NCBI GenBank assembly: GCA_038322405.1
Contig: JBBQFV010000002.1
Span: 1 to 38,402 of the forward strand
Origin: Patescibacteria group bacterium
GTDB taxonomy: Bacteria; Patescibacteriota; UBA1384; CAILIB01
Direction of reading: 5' to 3'
DNA length: 38,402 bases
Positions 1 to 8,438 of the stretch are shown piece after piece; position 1 is the first letter of the stretch; each line of letters begins with the position of its first letter. Made by a program: the position numbers and the translations under genes. The notes below the pieces were generated by a model. It worked only from the letters and a program-made list of their open reading frames with translations, searched no databases and had not been told where the DNA came from.

Positions 1-42
1 CAAAACAACTGGCCAGGCAGATTTTCAAAATTACATTAACCA

Positions 43-360
43 ATGAGCAAACCTTTAAACCACCGGCTCGTCCACGGCGCGCTACTGGTTATTGAGTTTG
101 TCCTGTTGTGGTTATTGCTTACCGCTTTAGTTCAGCCACAAGTAGCCGTTAGCACGTTCACTTTGGTCGGTGCGATAGCCTTGTTCTTTGTCTTCACTGC
201 CCACCTCATGGCCATTGCGCTGCAAACCATTGTCCCGCGCTTCTCTACCGAGCGTCATAGTTTTGCCATCTTGCTTTCTATTTTAAGCGCCATCCTCCTT
301 GCCGTGGTGCTCAGTTCTGGTATCATCATCCTCATGTCTGCCCTCAGTGGCGGGTTCTAA
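43..360 (+). CDS. small integral membrane protein, function unknown
   Basis: 105-aa ATG-initiated ORF made almost entirely of three hydrophobic helices (LLVIEFVLLWLLLTALV / LVGAIALFFVFTAHLMAIAL / AILLSILSAILLAVVLSSGIIILM). It stops 17 nt before lepA on the same strand. No family recognised. Confidence 0.5.
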   Translation: MSKPLNHRLVHGALLVIEFVLLWLLLTALVQPQVAVSTFTLVGAIALFFVFTAHLMAIALQTIVPRFSTERHSFAILLSILSAILLAVVLSSGIIILMSALSGGF

Positions 361-377
361 AAGAAAGGTACTGTTTA

Positions 378-2177
378 GTGAATCGGCTGCGCAATTTTTG
401 TATTATCGCCCATATTGACCATGGTAAGTCTACGCTCGCAGACCGCATGTTAGAGGTGACCAATACTGTGGCCAACCGCGACATGAAGGACCAAATGCTT
501 GACCAAATGGACCTAGAGCGCGAACGTGGCATTACCATCAAGCTCCAGCCGGTGCGCATGGAGCACGGCGAGTACGTATTGAACCTTATCGATACCCCCG
601 GCCACGTCGACTTTTCCTACGAGGTTTCGCGCTCCCTTGCTGCAGTAGAAGGCGCTGTTCTGCTTGTCGATGCCTCGCAAGGCGTGCAAGCCCAAACCCT
701 CACTACCCTCTACCAAGCCATCGAACAGAACCTGACCATCATTCCGGTCATCAATAAAATTGACCTCCCCCATGCCGAGCCGGAACGCCGGGCGGAGGAA
801 CTCATGAAGCTTATTGGCTGCACACGCGAAGACATTCTGTTTGCCTCCGGTAAGACAGGGGAGGGCGTGAAGGAAATTCTCGATGCCGTGGTTGCCCGCA
901 TTCCTGCCCCCCAGGGCTCCCCTCAGGCTCCCCTGCGGGCTTTGGTGTTCGATAGCGTGTTTGACCCATACCGCGGCGTTGTAGCCTATGTGCGCGTGGT
1001 AGACGGCTGCGTTAAAAACCGCCAGCTAGCCCAGCTCATTCAAGGCAAAACCGACACCGAGGCACTGGAAGTCGGGTACTTTTTCCCTAAACGCTTTGCC
1101 CAAACCGACTTGAAGTGTGGCGAAATTGGCTACATCATTACCGGCCTTAAAGAAGTAAGCGAAATGGGTATTGGTGAAACCATCACCATTTCCTACCGCA
1201 ATACCGTGGGTGCAGCCGGCCCTCACGAACTACCCGTCCCCCTTCCTGGGTACCGGGTAGTGACGCCAATGGTATTTGCTTCGCTCTATCCCGCCGACAG
1301 CGACGACTACAACAAGCTGCGCGACTCAATTGGAAAGTACAAGCTGAACGACTCGGCCCTGTCCTACGTGCATGAACACTCGCCTGCCCTTGGCTTTGGT
1401 TTTCGCTGTGGCTTTTTGGGCATGTTACACCTGGAAATTGTGACTGAAAGATTACACCGGGAATTCGCCGCCGATACCATCACCACCGTCCCAAGCGTTG
1501 CCTACGAAATTGTGACAACTTTGGGCGAGGTAGCCGAGGTGCACAGTCCAGCCGAAATGCCCGACCCAACCCGGATTAGCGAAATTCGCGAGCCATGGGT
1601 AAAACTGGAAGTGGTCACTCCTCAAGAGTACCTGGGCAATGTCATGGAACTCACCTCCCTTCACCGCGGCACCTACCTAGCCACCCACTTTTTAGATACT
1701 GACCGCGTACTGTTAACCTACGAAATTCCCCTTGTGGAAATTGTAGTTACCTATCACGACGAACTGAAGAGCGCGAGCTCTGGCTACGCTTCAATGAGTT
1801 ACGAATGGATTGGCTTTCGGGCAGGCAAGCTCATTAAGCTCGACCTCATGGTAGGAGGCGACATTGTTGAACCGTTAGCCACCATAGTCCCCGTGGAGCA
1901 AGCCGAAATTATAGGCCGCAAGCTGTGTGAAAAGCTCAAAGATTTAATTCCGCGCCAGAACTTCGACATTGCCGTACAAGCGGCTATCAATGGCCGCATT
2001 GTGGCCCGCCAAACCATTAAGGCCTATCGCAAAGACGTCACCGGCTACCTATATGGCGGCGACGTGACCCGAAAAATGAAACTGCTTAACAAACAAAAGG
2101 AGGGCAAAAAACGGATGAAAAAGTTCGGCAAAGTAGAAATTCCCGGCAATGTTTTTGTCGATTTGCTTAAGCGCTAG
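378..2177 (+). CDS. lepA: elongation factor 4 (LepA), translational GTPase
   Basis: 599-aa ORF with GTG start. GTPase motifs AHIDHGKST (G1), DTPGHVDF (G3) and NKID (G4). Full-length similarity pattern and size typical of LepA/EF4, including the C-terminal LepA-specific region. Confidence 0.95.
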   Translation: MNRLRNFCIIAHIDHGKSTLADRMLEVTNTVANRDMKDQMLDQMDLERERGITIKLQPVRMEHGEYVLNLIDTPGHVDFSYEVSRSLAAVEGAVLLVDASQGVQAQTLTTLYQAIEQNLTIIPVINKIDLPHAEPERRAEELMKLIGCTREDILFASGKTGEGVKEILDAVVARIPAPQGSPQAPLRALVFDSVFDPYRGVVAYVRVVDGCVKNRQLAQLIQGKTDTEALEVGYFFPKRFAQTDLKCGEIGYIITGLKEVSEMGIGETITISYRNTVGAAGPHELPVPLPGYRVVTPMVFASLYPADSDDYNKLRDSIGKYKLNDSALSYVHEHSPALGFGFRCGFLGMLHLEIVTERLHREFAADTITTVPSVAYEIVTTLGEVAEVHSPAEMPDPTRISEIREPWVKLEVVTPQEYLGNVMELTSLHRGTYLATHFLDTDRVLLTYEIPLVEIVVTYHDELKSASSGYASMSYEWIGFRAGKLIKLDLMVGGDIVEPLATIVPVEQAEIIGRKLCEKLKDLIPRQNFDIAVQAAINGRIVARQTIKAYRKDVTGYLYGGDVTRKMKLLNKQKEGKKRMKKFGKVEIPGNVFVDLLKR

Positions 2178-2899
2178 GCCGCCGCAACAGGAATGCGTAA
2201 GGTGAATGTAGTGCCCTTGCTCGCAGCACTCGTAAAGGAGATATTCCCGCCAATTCCCTCCAAAATATGCTTGACCAACACCAAGCCAAGTCCTGTGCCG
2301 TTGTCGGTTTTAGCCTTGGCACCTTCACCCCGGAAAAACTCGCTGAACATGCGGCCCTGTTCGGCCTCGGGAATGCCAATGCCGTGGTCGGCTATCACCA
2401 CTTCAATCATGTTTTGATGCACCTCTGCCGAAAACTCAACCGTACTGCCTTCGTTCGAATATTTAATGGCGTTATCCAAAATATTGATGACCGCCTGCTT
2501 AAGGTAAGCCTCGTCAGCCAGCACGAGCGGCAACTGTTCAATGGGGCCTAGTTGAATTTTAACCTGATGTTGGACTGCCATAGGCTCATACTGCTTAAGC
2601 ACGGCATCGAGCATGAGGTTCATGTTGATAGGCACCAGGTTTTGGGCCCTGTCGCCTTTATGCACAATGCGGAACACCCGCAGCATGTCGCCTAAAAGTT
2701 GGCTCATGGCGTTAGCCTGGTCGAGGGCGCGGCTGGTGAGCTTGCGTGTATCGGCGTCTAGGCCCTGCTTTTCCATTACCGATTGCAGGCACCACTGCAC
2801 AATGGCCACCGGCGACTTAAGCTGATGCGAAGCGGTCATGAAGAACTCCGTCTTAGGGTCGGAGTGCGCGTCGAGTGGCGGTAACGTGGGTTCAGCCAT
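2174..2899 (-). CDS. minimal histidine kinase (DHp + HATPase_c only, no sensor or TM domain)
   Basis: 241 aa. H-box SHQLKSPVAIV only ~20 residues from the N-terminus, N-box ILDNAIKYS, G1 DHGIGI, G2 GTGLGL. No hydrophobic segment and no PAS/GAF/HAMP-sized region. The ATG lies 2 nt after the stop of the upstream oxidase gene. Confidence 0.85.
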   Translation of the reverse strand: MAEPTLPPLDAHSDPKTEFFMTASHQLKSPVAIVQWCLQSVMEKQGLDADTRKLTSRALDQANAMSQLLGDMLRVFRIVHKGDRAQNLVPINMNLMLDAVLKQYEPMAVQHQVKIQLGPIEQLPLVLADEAYLKQAVINILDNAIKYSNEGSTVEFSAEVHQNMIEVVIADHGIGIPEAEQGRMFSEFFRGEGAKAKTDNGTGLGLVLVKHILEGIGGNISFTSAASKGTTFTLRIPVAAA

Positions 2900-2901
2900 G
2901 C

Positions 2902-4530
2902 CTAACGGTTAATGAGTTCCCTGTCCTGCACCAAGTGGTCCAGCCCATACGAATGACGGACAAGCGGCTTGATGGTCTCAAGGCTTACATCCACCTTTTT
3001 TCCTGGATTGAGAAAGTTGTGTGGGTCAAATACCTGCTTCACGTGTTGGAATATCCGGTACAGATCTTCCCCATACTGCGCCCTTAGATACGGAGAGCGC
3101 AACAAGCCGTCGTTGTGTTCGGCCGAAATGCAGCCCCCCATTTCAATGACCAGCGTATGAAACTCTTCCACGAAGGGCCAGATTTTATCCCGGTCTTCGG
3201 CAAGGGACAGATTCAGGAAAGGTTGCATGTGCAAGTTAGCATCGCCGGCATGGCCCCACACGGCAATTTTAAGGCCGTACTTGGCAAACAAGGCGTAGGC
3301 GCGCTTAAAGAATTCAGGGAGCAAGGCGGCGGGCACAATGCCGTCTTCCACAATGGGGAGGGCTTTTTCAGGCCCACTTACCGTCCAAATGACTGCGGCG
3401 GCGGAGCGGCGCAGTTTCCACAGCCGGTCTTGTTCCTCAGCCGATACAGCTTCCCGAAAGGAGCTGGCGTGGTGACGCAAAATGCTCTTGGCCGCTTTCA
3501 TTTTGGCAGCCCGCTCAGCACTCGAGTGATCGTCAAATTCAATGACCAGTACAATTTCTGGAATTTCTGCGGGCAATAAGCCGTGCAAGTGGCCCGGCTG
3601 CCGCTCTTCTACAAGCTCCAGCAAGTTTCTATCGACAATTTCTAAGGCACTCGGCCGTAATATAAGCAGCTGTTCAACTGATTCGGCAGCGAGCTCGGGA
3701 GAAGCATAGTAAGCGGCAATGAGGGCAGTTCCTGAAGGCACTGGGTCGGTGCGCAAGGTAATTTCGGTAATAATACCAAGGGTACCTTGCGAGCCCACAA
3801 AGAGCTTGACGAGGTTAAAATGGTCATTTTTTTGCACTTCCCATACCGCGTACCCTGTCGAGTTTTTAGTGACGTGAAACTTGGGCAACGCATCTTCGCG
3901 GGGGTGGGTATCGAGCAAGCGCTTTAACTCGCGGTACACCTGCCCTTCAAGCGTGTAGTGATGCATTTTGCCCGCCAGCTCCGCCCTGTCCAGCGACCGA
4001 ACTTCAATTTCGTCACCATTGGCCAGAATTACCTTGAGCGAATTGACGTAGTCGCGGGTGTCACCGTACTTTACCGTTTTCTCACCTGAGGAATTGTTGG
4101 CTACCGCCCCCCCAATGGTGCAGAGCTCAAGCGAAGCCGGATACGGCGGCAAGTAGCGCCCGTGCTTTTTTAATTCGGCTTGTAGCTCGCCATAACGCAC
4201 CCCTGGTTGGCAACGCACAAAGTCTTCACCAATCTCTAAGATTTGGTTCATATGCGCACGCATATCTACCACAATCCCATCGCCAAGTGGCCCACCGGCC
4301 TGGTCGGAACCAGCCCCACGCGCCACTAAGCTCGGCACCTGTTTGCCTTGCTCGGCCATTGTCCACAGCAAATGGGCGACGGCTTGAATGTCCCCCGCAT
4401 CTTTAGGTGCCAGCACCGCCGCCGGCGTTATTTCGAAGATGCTCCCATCAACGCTGTAACGTTGACGGGTAGCGTCATCTCGATGAAGTTGACCGCGCAC
4501 GAGCGCGGCAATGTGCTGGAAAATGTCCAA
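2902..4530 (-). CDS. FAD-binding oxidoreductase, GlcD / D-lactate dehydrogenase (FAD-linked oxidase) family
   Basis: 542 aa. PCMH-type FAD-binding domain motifs (ARGAGSDQAGG, CTIGGAVANNSSG) and FAD-linked-oxidase C-terminal domain motifs (WGHAGDANLH, ISAEHNDG). Confidence 0.85.
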   Translation of the reverse strand: MDIFQHIAALVRGQLHRDDATRQRYSVDGSIFEITPAAVLAPKDAGDIQAVAHLLWTMAEQGKQVPSLVARGAGSDQAGGPLGDGIVVDMRAHMNQILEIGEDFVRCQPGVRYGELQAELKKHGRYLPPYPASLELCTIGGAVANNSSGEKTVKYGDTRDYVNSLKVILANGDEIEVRSLDRAELAGKMHHYTLEGQVYRELKRLLDTHPREDALPKFHVTKNSTGYAVWEVQKNDHFNLVKLFVGSQGTLGIITEITLRTDPVPSGTALIAAYYASPELAAESVEQLLILRPSALEIVDRNLLELVEERQPGHLHGLLPAEIPEIVLVIEFDDHSSAERAAKMKAAKSILRHHASSFREAVSAEEQDRLWKLRRSAAAVIWTVSGPEKALPIVEDGIVPAALLPEFFKRAYALFAKYGLKIAVWGHAGDANLHMQPFLNLSLAEDRDKIWPFVEEFHTLVIEMGGCISAEHNDGLLRSPYLRAQYGEDLYRIFQHVKQVFDPHNFLNPGKKVDVSLETIKPLVRHSYGLDHLVQDRELINR

Positions 4531-4548
4531 CTTCAGACTCCTTGGGTC

Positions 4549-5316
4549 CTAGTAATTTCCGTTGTATATAACGTCTTTGATCAAGTCACAGACATGATCA
4601 GGATCTTCTGCTTGCCAAACATTGCGGCCTACGGCAACACCAGTAAGACCCGCGCGCATGACCATTTTGCATTCTTCAGCGTACTCTTCCGGGGTAACGT
4701 GGTCACCACCGGAAATGATAGTCTTGCACTTGCCAGCCGCCATGCCCATCCAACGCAAAGCGCCTTCGTTACCTGGGTTATAGGCCTTTACCATGTCTGC
4801 GCCTAGCTCAAGGCCAATGCGGGCAGCATAGGCACAAAGCTCAGGAGCCTTTTCGTCTTTGATTTGCTCTCCGCGTGGGTAAACCCATGCAATAGCAGGA
4901 ATGCCACTAGCGTGAGCAGCGCTCACAATGCCAGAAAATTCCTGCATTTGGTCTGCTTCGTGACCGGCCCCAATGTGCAAAGTGTAACCTACGGCTACTG
5001 CGCCAAACTTAATTGCCTCTTCAACACTGCAGTTCTGCTTACCCCACGATTGTGGCTTGTTGAAACGGGTGTGGCCATTCAGCTTAACAATGAGCTGAAT
5101 ATCGTTCTTATAGTCTTGGTGATAGTGCTCGGCAATACCGCGGCCAAAAATGACAGCGTTCAACTTGTGCTTGATACCAATCTGGTAAATATAGTTCGGA
5201 TCAATGTTTTTTTCATTGAAATCCTCTGGACCATGTTCCATACCTTGGTCACACGCGAGAAGAATGGTCTTCCCGTTAGTAGTCAAGTTAGAGATATCAA
5301 TATGTGACATACCCAC
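4549..5316 (-). CDS. class-I aldolase of the DhnA/FbaB (DeoC/LacD superfamily) type. Fructose-bisphosphate aldolase is most likely; ADH-synthase/LsrF-like alternatives are not excluded.
   Basis: 255 aa. LACDQGMEHGP near the N-terminus, Schiff-base lysine context GADMVKAY, C-terminal GVAVGRNVWQ. Size typical of archaeal-type class I aldolases. Confidence 0.75.
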   Translation of the reverse strand: MGMSHIDISNLTTNGKTILLACDQGMEHGPEDFNEKNIDPNYIYQIGIKHKLNAVIFGRGIAEHYHQDYKNDIQLIVKLNGHTRFNKPQSWGKQNCSVEEAIKFGAVAVGYTLHIGAGHEADQMQEFSGIVSAAHASGIPAIAWVYPRGEQIKDEKAPELCAYAARIGLELGADMVKAYNPGNEGALRWMGMAAGKCKTIISGGDHVTPEEYAEECKMVMRAGLTGVAVGRNVWQAEDPDHVCDLIKDVIYNGNY

Positions 5317-5323
5317 TCCTTTG

Positions 5324-5986
5324 TTAGATGTTTACCCTGTTGTCATCAAATAAAACCGCCAGCGCCGCACCTGCTAACCCGCCAAGCAATGGCATGAGCA
5401 GGTACGTCGTACCTTCACCTCCGAATATGGCCGATATAGTAGGATTTAACATTCCGCCTCCCGTCACCGTGGCGACAGTCAGCCCAATCATAAATGCAGC
5501 ACCTATCACCAGTCCAGCCTGTTCTTTGCGCACCCTTCCAATTACGGACATGGTAACGGCAAAGACAAGAAGAAGGGCGCCAATGAACTCACCAAGGCTG
5601 GCGGCACGCGTAAAAACTAACGGGGTATTTGGCTCGTAGCCGGTAAGTTCAATGATGAGGCGAAAACCGATCCAGGCACCGGCAATCTGCCCCAATAGGT
5701 TGGTAACAAATTGTGCCATGGTTATTTTGCGAAAGGCCATGAGACCAAAGCTGATCGCTGGGTTAAAGTGACCACCACTAATATCTGTAAAGAGACAGTA
5801 CACAAGCATCAAGACGATCCCTAGGGCGAACGGAATGAAAAGCACTGGGTAGCTGCCCGGCAAGAAATGGGATTGGGCAACACCAGCAATTCCCGCAACC
5901 GCAGCAAGAAACATAGTCCCTAGCGCTTCGGCGGCAAACCAACGGACAAAGGTTAAATACGGCGTTGTGGCGGTAGTCTTAGGCAT
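5324..5986 (-). CDS. MIP-family channel (aquaporin/glycerol-facilitator-like) with atypical second NPA box
   Basis: 220 aa with six hydrophobic helices. First box is GGHFNPAISFG. Second box is GGMLNPTISAIFGG (NPT, followed by Ile where MIPs normally have Arg). Confidence 0.85.
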   Translation of the reverse strand: MPKTTATTPYLTFVRWFAAEALGTMFLAAVAGIAGVAQSHFLPGSYPVLFIPFALGIVLMLVYCLFTDISGGHFNPAISFGLMAFRKITMAQFVTNLLGQIAGAWIGFRLIIELTGYEPNTPLVFTRAASLGEFIGALLLVFAVTMSVIGRVRKEQAGLVIGAAFMIGLTVATVTGGGMLNPTISAIFGGEGTTYLLMPLLGGLAGAALAVLFDDNRVNI

Positions 5987-5988
5987 AG

Positions 5989-7671
5989 TTAGATGCTTCG
6001 CTTGCCCTGCTGCTTTGCAAGGAACAGGCCAGTTAGAATGAGTAACATCGCCACCCCAAACAGCACCAAAAGTTGGGCCGATGAAGCAAGGGTGAAAATA
6101 TCGAAGCCAAACAGCTTAATGGCGCTCAGCCCAATGAGCCCAATGCCTCCGCCCACCAACAGCTTGAGATTAGTAAAGCGGCCAAAGGCAATGGCAAGGG
6201 CGCCAATTACCAACCAAGAAATTGACTGGTAAGGAGTACCCAGGTCAAGGTAGCCGATAGCAAAAAGGATAAGGAACGAAGTACTGCTTAGAGCAGCGGC
6301 AATGACTGGGACAATCCGCTGTTCCACCCCTTTGAATTTCGATTCCTGGTACCAAATGGCAAGCGCCGGAAGGAACATGGCAATTATGAGCCCAAGCCAC
6401 ACCCGGTCCCGCAGCAAAAGAGGGCCCGCAATTTGGGGCGCATTCAGCATGGTGAGCAAGTAATGCAAAACACCAATTGCCAGTAGTCCAAGACCCGCAT
6501 TGCGGGTGGAATAACTAGGAATGACAAACCCTCCGGCGGTCACCACTACGCCCAGTATGAACCAAATGAGGGTTACCGAGGTAGAATCGAGCAATAAGTA
6601 GGCAAAGAGCAGCAGTGCGCCAAGAGCGGTTGCCAAAAAGTATTTGGCATAGGAAAGGCGGCTGTGGGAAAGCCAGCCCACATAGGCCAGCGCAGCGTAA
6701 CCAATGACAATAAGCAAAAGGCCGGACAGAAGATTCTCTAAAATACTGTAAGGGCCAACTACGGTAATCACGCTTACCGCGAGTACCGGCATGATGGCAA
6801 TGGTTATACGGGACAAGTCACGGCGCTCTACGTGCCGGCGGGCTGGTGCATAGGGAACCACCGCTAGGACAAGGCCCATCATGGCCGCAGAGAGGGCCGC
6901 CACAGCTTCAGGTTGGCCCAGCACTCCCATTCTCCAGTACGTTTGTCCCAGGGAAACTATAACAAGGCCAAGTCCTGCAGCGGAAAGAATATCGAAGTCT
7001 TGCTTCTCCCAACCCGCAATCCAAATGACGGCAAAGCCAGCAAGGGCCGCCATGAGCGTCGTCATAGGGTCTGGGGCAACAAAGAGCAGCGCAGTAAGGG
7101 CTATGATAGCGCCCAAACTATAAGTTCGCTTACCCTTCAAGGGAGCAACTACTCCAATAAGGATAAGCACAAAGGCGGCGGGCATGATTTGCAGGAGCGG
7201 ATCATTCGTACTGCTTGCCAAGGACCAGCCGAGCACAAGGGAAAGCAACAAAAAGCCAATCGCCAAAGCTATATACTCAGGACGAACGTTAAGCCATTCA
7301 CTAAAGGCTGCTATTTTTGGCTGATGGTGCAGGTCATGCGCCTTAAGTCGCTTCTCAGAGCGGGCCTCTTGGGCCAGTTGCAGGTGGGAATCACTTTTGG
7401 CAATCAGACCGCTCGCCGCCAGTACCAGGGACATTCCCACAATGAGCACAATGCTCAAAAGAAGACCGACGATGGCGGCCCAGCTTGCCCAACCGAGTAA
7501 AAATCCAAGGAGGGCAAACGAGGTACAGCCCCATCCTATTACACGGGCTTTGTCTTCGGAGGATTTAAATGGGATGGCAAAAAAGGCCTCTACCTTGCTC
7601 GGCGCATGTTCAACCTCACTCAAGCGTTGCTCAAGTTGGCGAATACGATTCTCAACCGTTTGTTGCGCCAT
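5989..7671 (-). CDS. large polytopic membrane protein, DUF2339-like architecture
   Basis: 560 aa. N-terminal amphipathic/coiled-coil segment (ENRIRQLEQRLSEVE) followed by roughly 15 hydrophobic helices. The family assignment is from remembered architecture, not a search. It ends 2 nt before the MIP gene start. Confidence 0.6.
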   Translation of the reverse strand: MAQQTVENRIRQLEQRLSEVEHAPSKVEAFFAIPFKSSEDKARVIGWGCTSFALLGFLLGWASWAAIVGLLLSIVLIVGMSLVLAASGLIAKSDSHLQLAQEARSEKRLKAHDLHHQPKIAAFSEWLNVRPEYIALAIGFLLLSLVLGWSLASSTNDPLLQIMPAAFVLILIGVVAPLKGKRTYSLGAIIALTALLFVAPDPMTTLMAALAGFAVIWIAGWEKQDFDILSAAGLGLVIVSLGQTYWRMGVLGQPEAVAALSAAMMGLVLAVVPYAPARRHVERRDLSRITIAIMPVLAVSVITVVGPYSILENLLSGLLLIVIGYAALAYVGWLSHSRLSYAKYFLATALGALLLFAYLLLDSTSVTLIWFILGVVVTAGGFVIPSYSTRNAGLGLLAIGVLHYLLTMLNAPQIAGPLLLRDRVWLGLIIAMFLPALAIWYQESKFKGVEQRIVPVIAAALSSTSFLILFAIGYLDLGTPYQSISWLVIGALAIAFGRFTNLKLLVGGGIGLIGLSAIKLFGFDIFTLASSAQLLVLFGVAMLLILTGLFLAKQQGKRSI

Positions 7672-7816
7672 ACCCGTTCCCTGTAGTTATCTGTGATTAG
7701 TATACGGGAGTGGCAACCAGCAAGGGAAGAGGGTGCATTAAAGTAGCCGCCAGTCTGCATTACTGGAACATTTAGGTAATAGAAGCGTAGTCGTAATTCA
7801 AGTTACAGGAGAGAAT

Positions 7817-8206
7817 ATGGGATTTTCCCCAGAAATGCCACCTGCGGAAGCTCAACCACAAGAGGGCTCTGTAGATGAAAGCGCTCAAGGGTATGAGCAA
7901 GATGTTGAGCAATCTGAAAAAAATACGCAGCAAGAACTCGATACAGTAATTTCAGAAGCTGATAAACTATTACCCGCCAAATTCCCTAGTATTCTCTCTT
8001 GGAATACTGACAATTTTGCAAAAATGAAGGCTGACCTAGGAGGCTCTATCTTTTATGCTGTAAATATTCCAAAGATTGAAGATCTTTTTAATAGAAAGAT
8101 GGCACTAACAGCCAAACTTCGTTATTTAAAACAAAAAGAGCACATGAGTCCCAGCTTTATGGGACCTCATCGAGACGAGCCTGAACTTCCTCAGGAGGGC
8201 ATTTAG
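7817..8206 (+). CDS. hypothetical acidic protein (orphan, AT-rich gene)
   Basis: 129-aa ORF with AGGAG 5 nt upstream of the ATG, followed by a strong hairpin terminator. Acidic Gln/Glu-rich N-terminus. No recognisable family. Composition is much more AT-rich than neighbouring genes. Confidence 0.5.
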   Translation: MGFSPEMPPAEAQPQEGSVDESAQGYEQDVEQSEKNTQQELDTVISEADKLLPAKFPSILSWNTDNFAKMKADLGGSIFYAVNIPKIEDLFNRKMALTAKLRYLKQKEHMSPSFMGPHRDEPELPQEGI

Positions 8207-8260
8207 AATTTAGGAGAGGAAGTGACGAAGTCGAACTAGTTCGAATCAAGTGCTTCAATT

Positions 8261-8286
8261 AAAAATCTCCCCGTAGGGAGGTTTTT
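8261..8286. terminator. bidirectional rho-independent terminator between the orphan ORF (+) and tRNA-Lys (-)
   Basis: AAAAATCTCCC-CGTA-GGGAGGTTTTT: 7-bp G/C-rich stem (8265-8271 / 8276-8282) extended by an A4/T4 run, so a U-tract follows the hairpin on either strand. It lies 3 nt beyond the tRNA 3' CCA. Confidence 0.6.
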
Positions 8287-8289
8287 AAT

Positions 8290-8364
8290 TGGTGGGCCCA
8301 CTGAGATTCGAACTCAGAACCAATGGCTTAAAAGGCCACTGCTCTACCATTGAGCTATAGGCCC
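8290..8364 (-). tRNA. tRNA-Lys (anticodon UUU), CCA encoded
   Basis: Manual fold of the reverse complement: GGGCCTA TA GCTC AATGGTA GAGC A GTGGC CTTTTAA GCCAT TGGTT CTGAG TTCGAAT CTCAG TGGGCCC A CCA. Acceptor 7 bp (one G-U), D arm 4 bp, anticodon stem 5 bp with loop CUUUUAA, T arm 5 bp with TTCGAAT loop. Confidence 0.9.
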
Positions 8365-8438
8365 ACTATAAATTGCGAGCGGGATTTAATCTTGCAAAGC
8401 AAGATTGGCCCGACATAATCATATCAAACCTGCAACAG

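Noticed and set aside
8231-8244. The palindrome TCGAACTAGTTCGA resembles the TTCGAACTCAG T-arm segment of the adjacent tRNA-Lys, so it might be an attachment-site repeat of an integrated element.
   Set aside because: The shared stretch is only ~7-10 nt. No integrase or second repeat copy is present, and the element would be <600 bp. It is kept only as a side remark in the AT-rich ORF finding.
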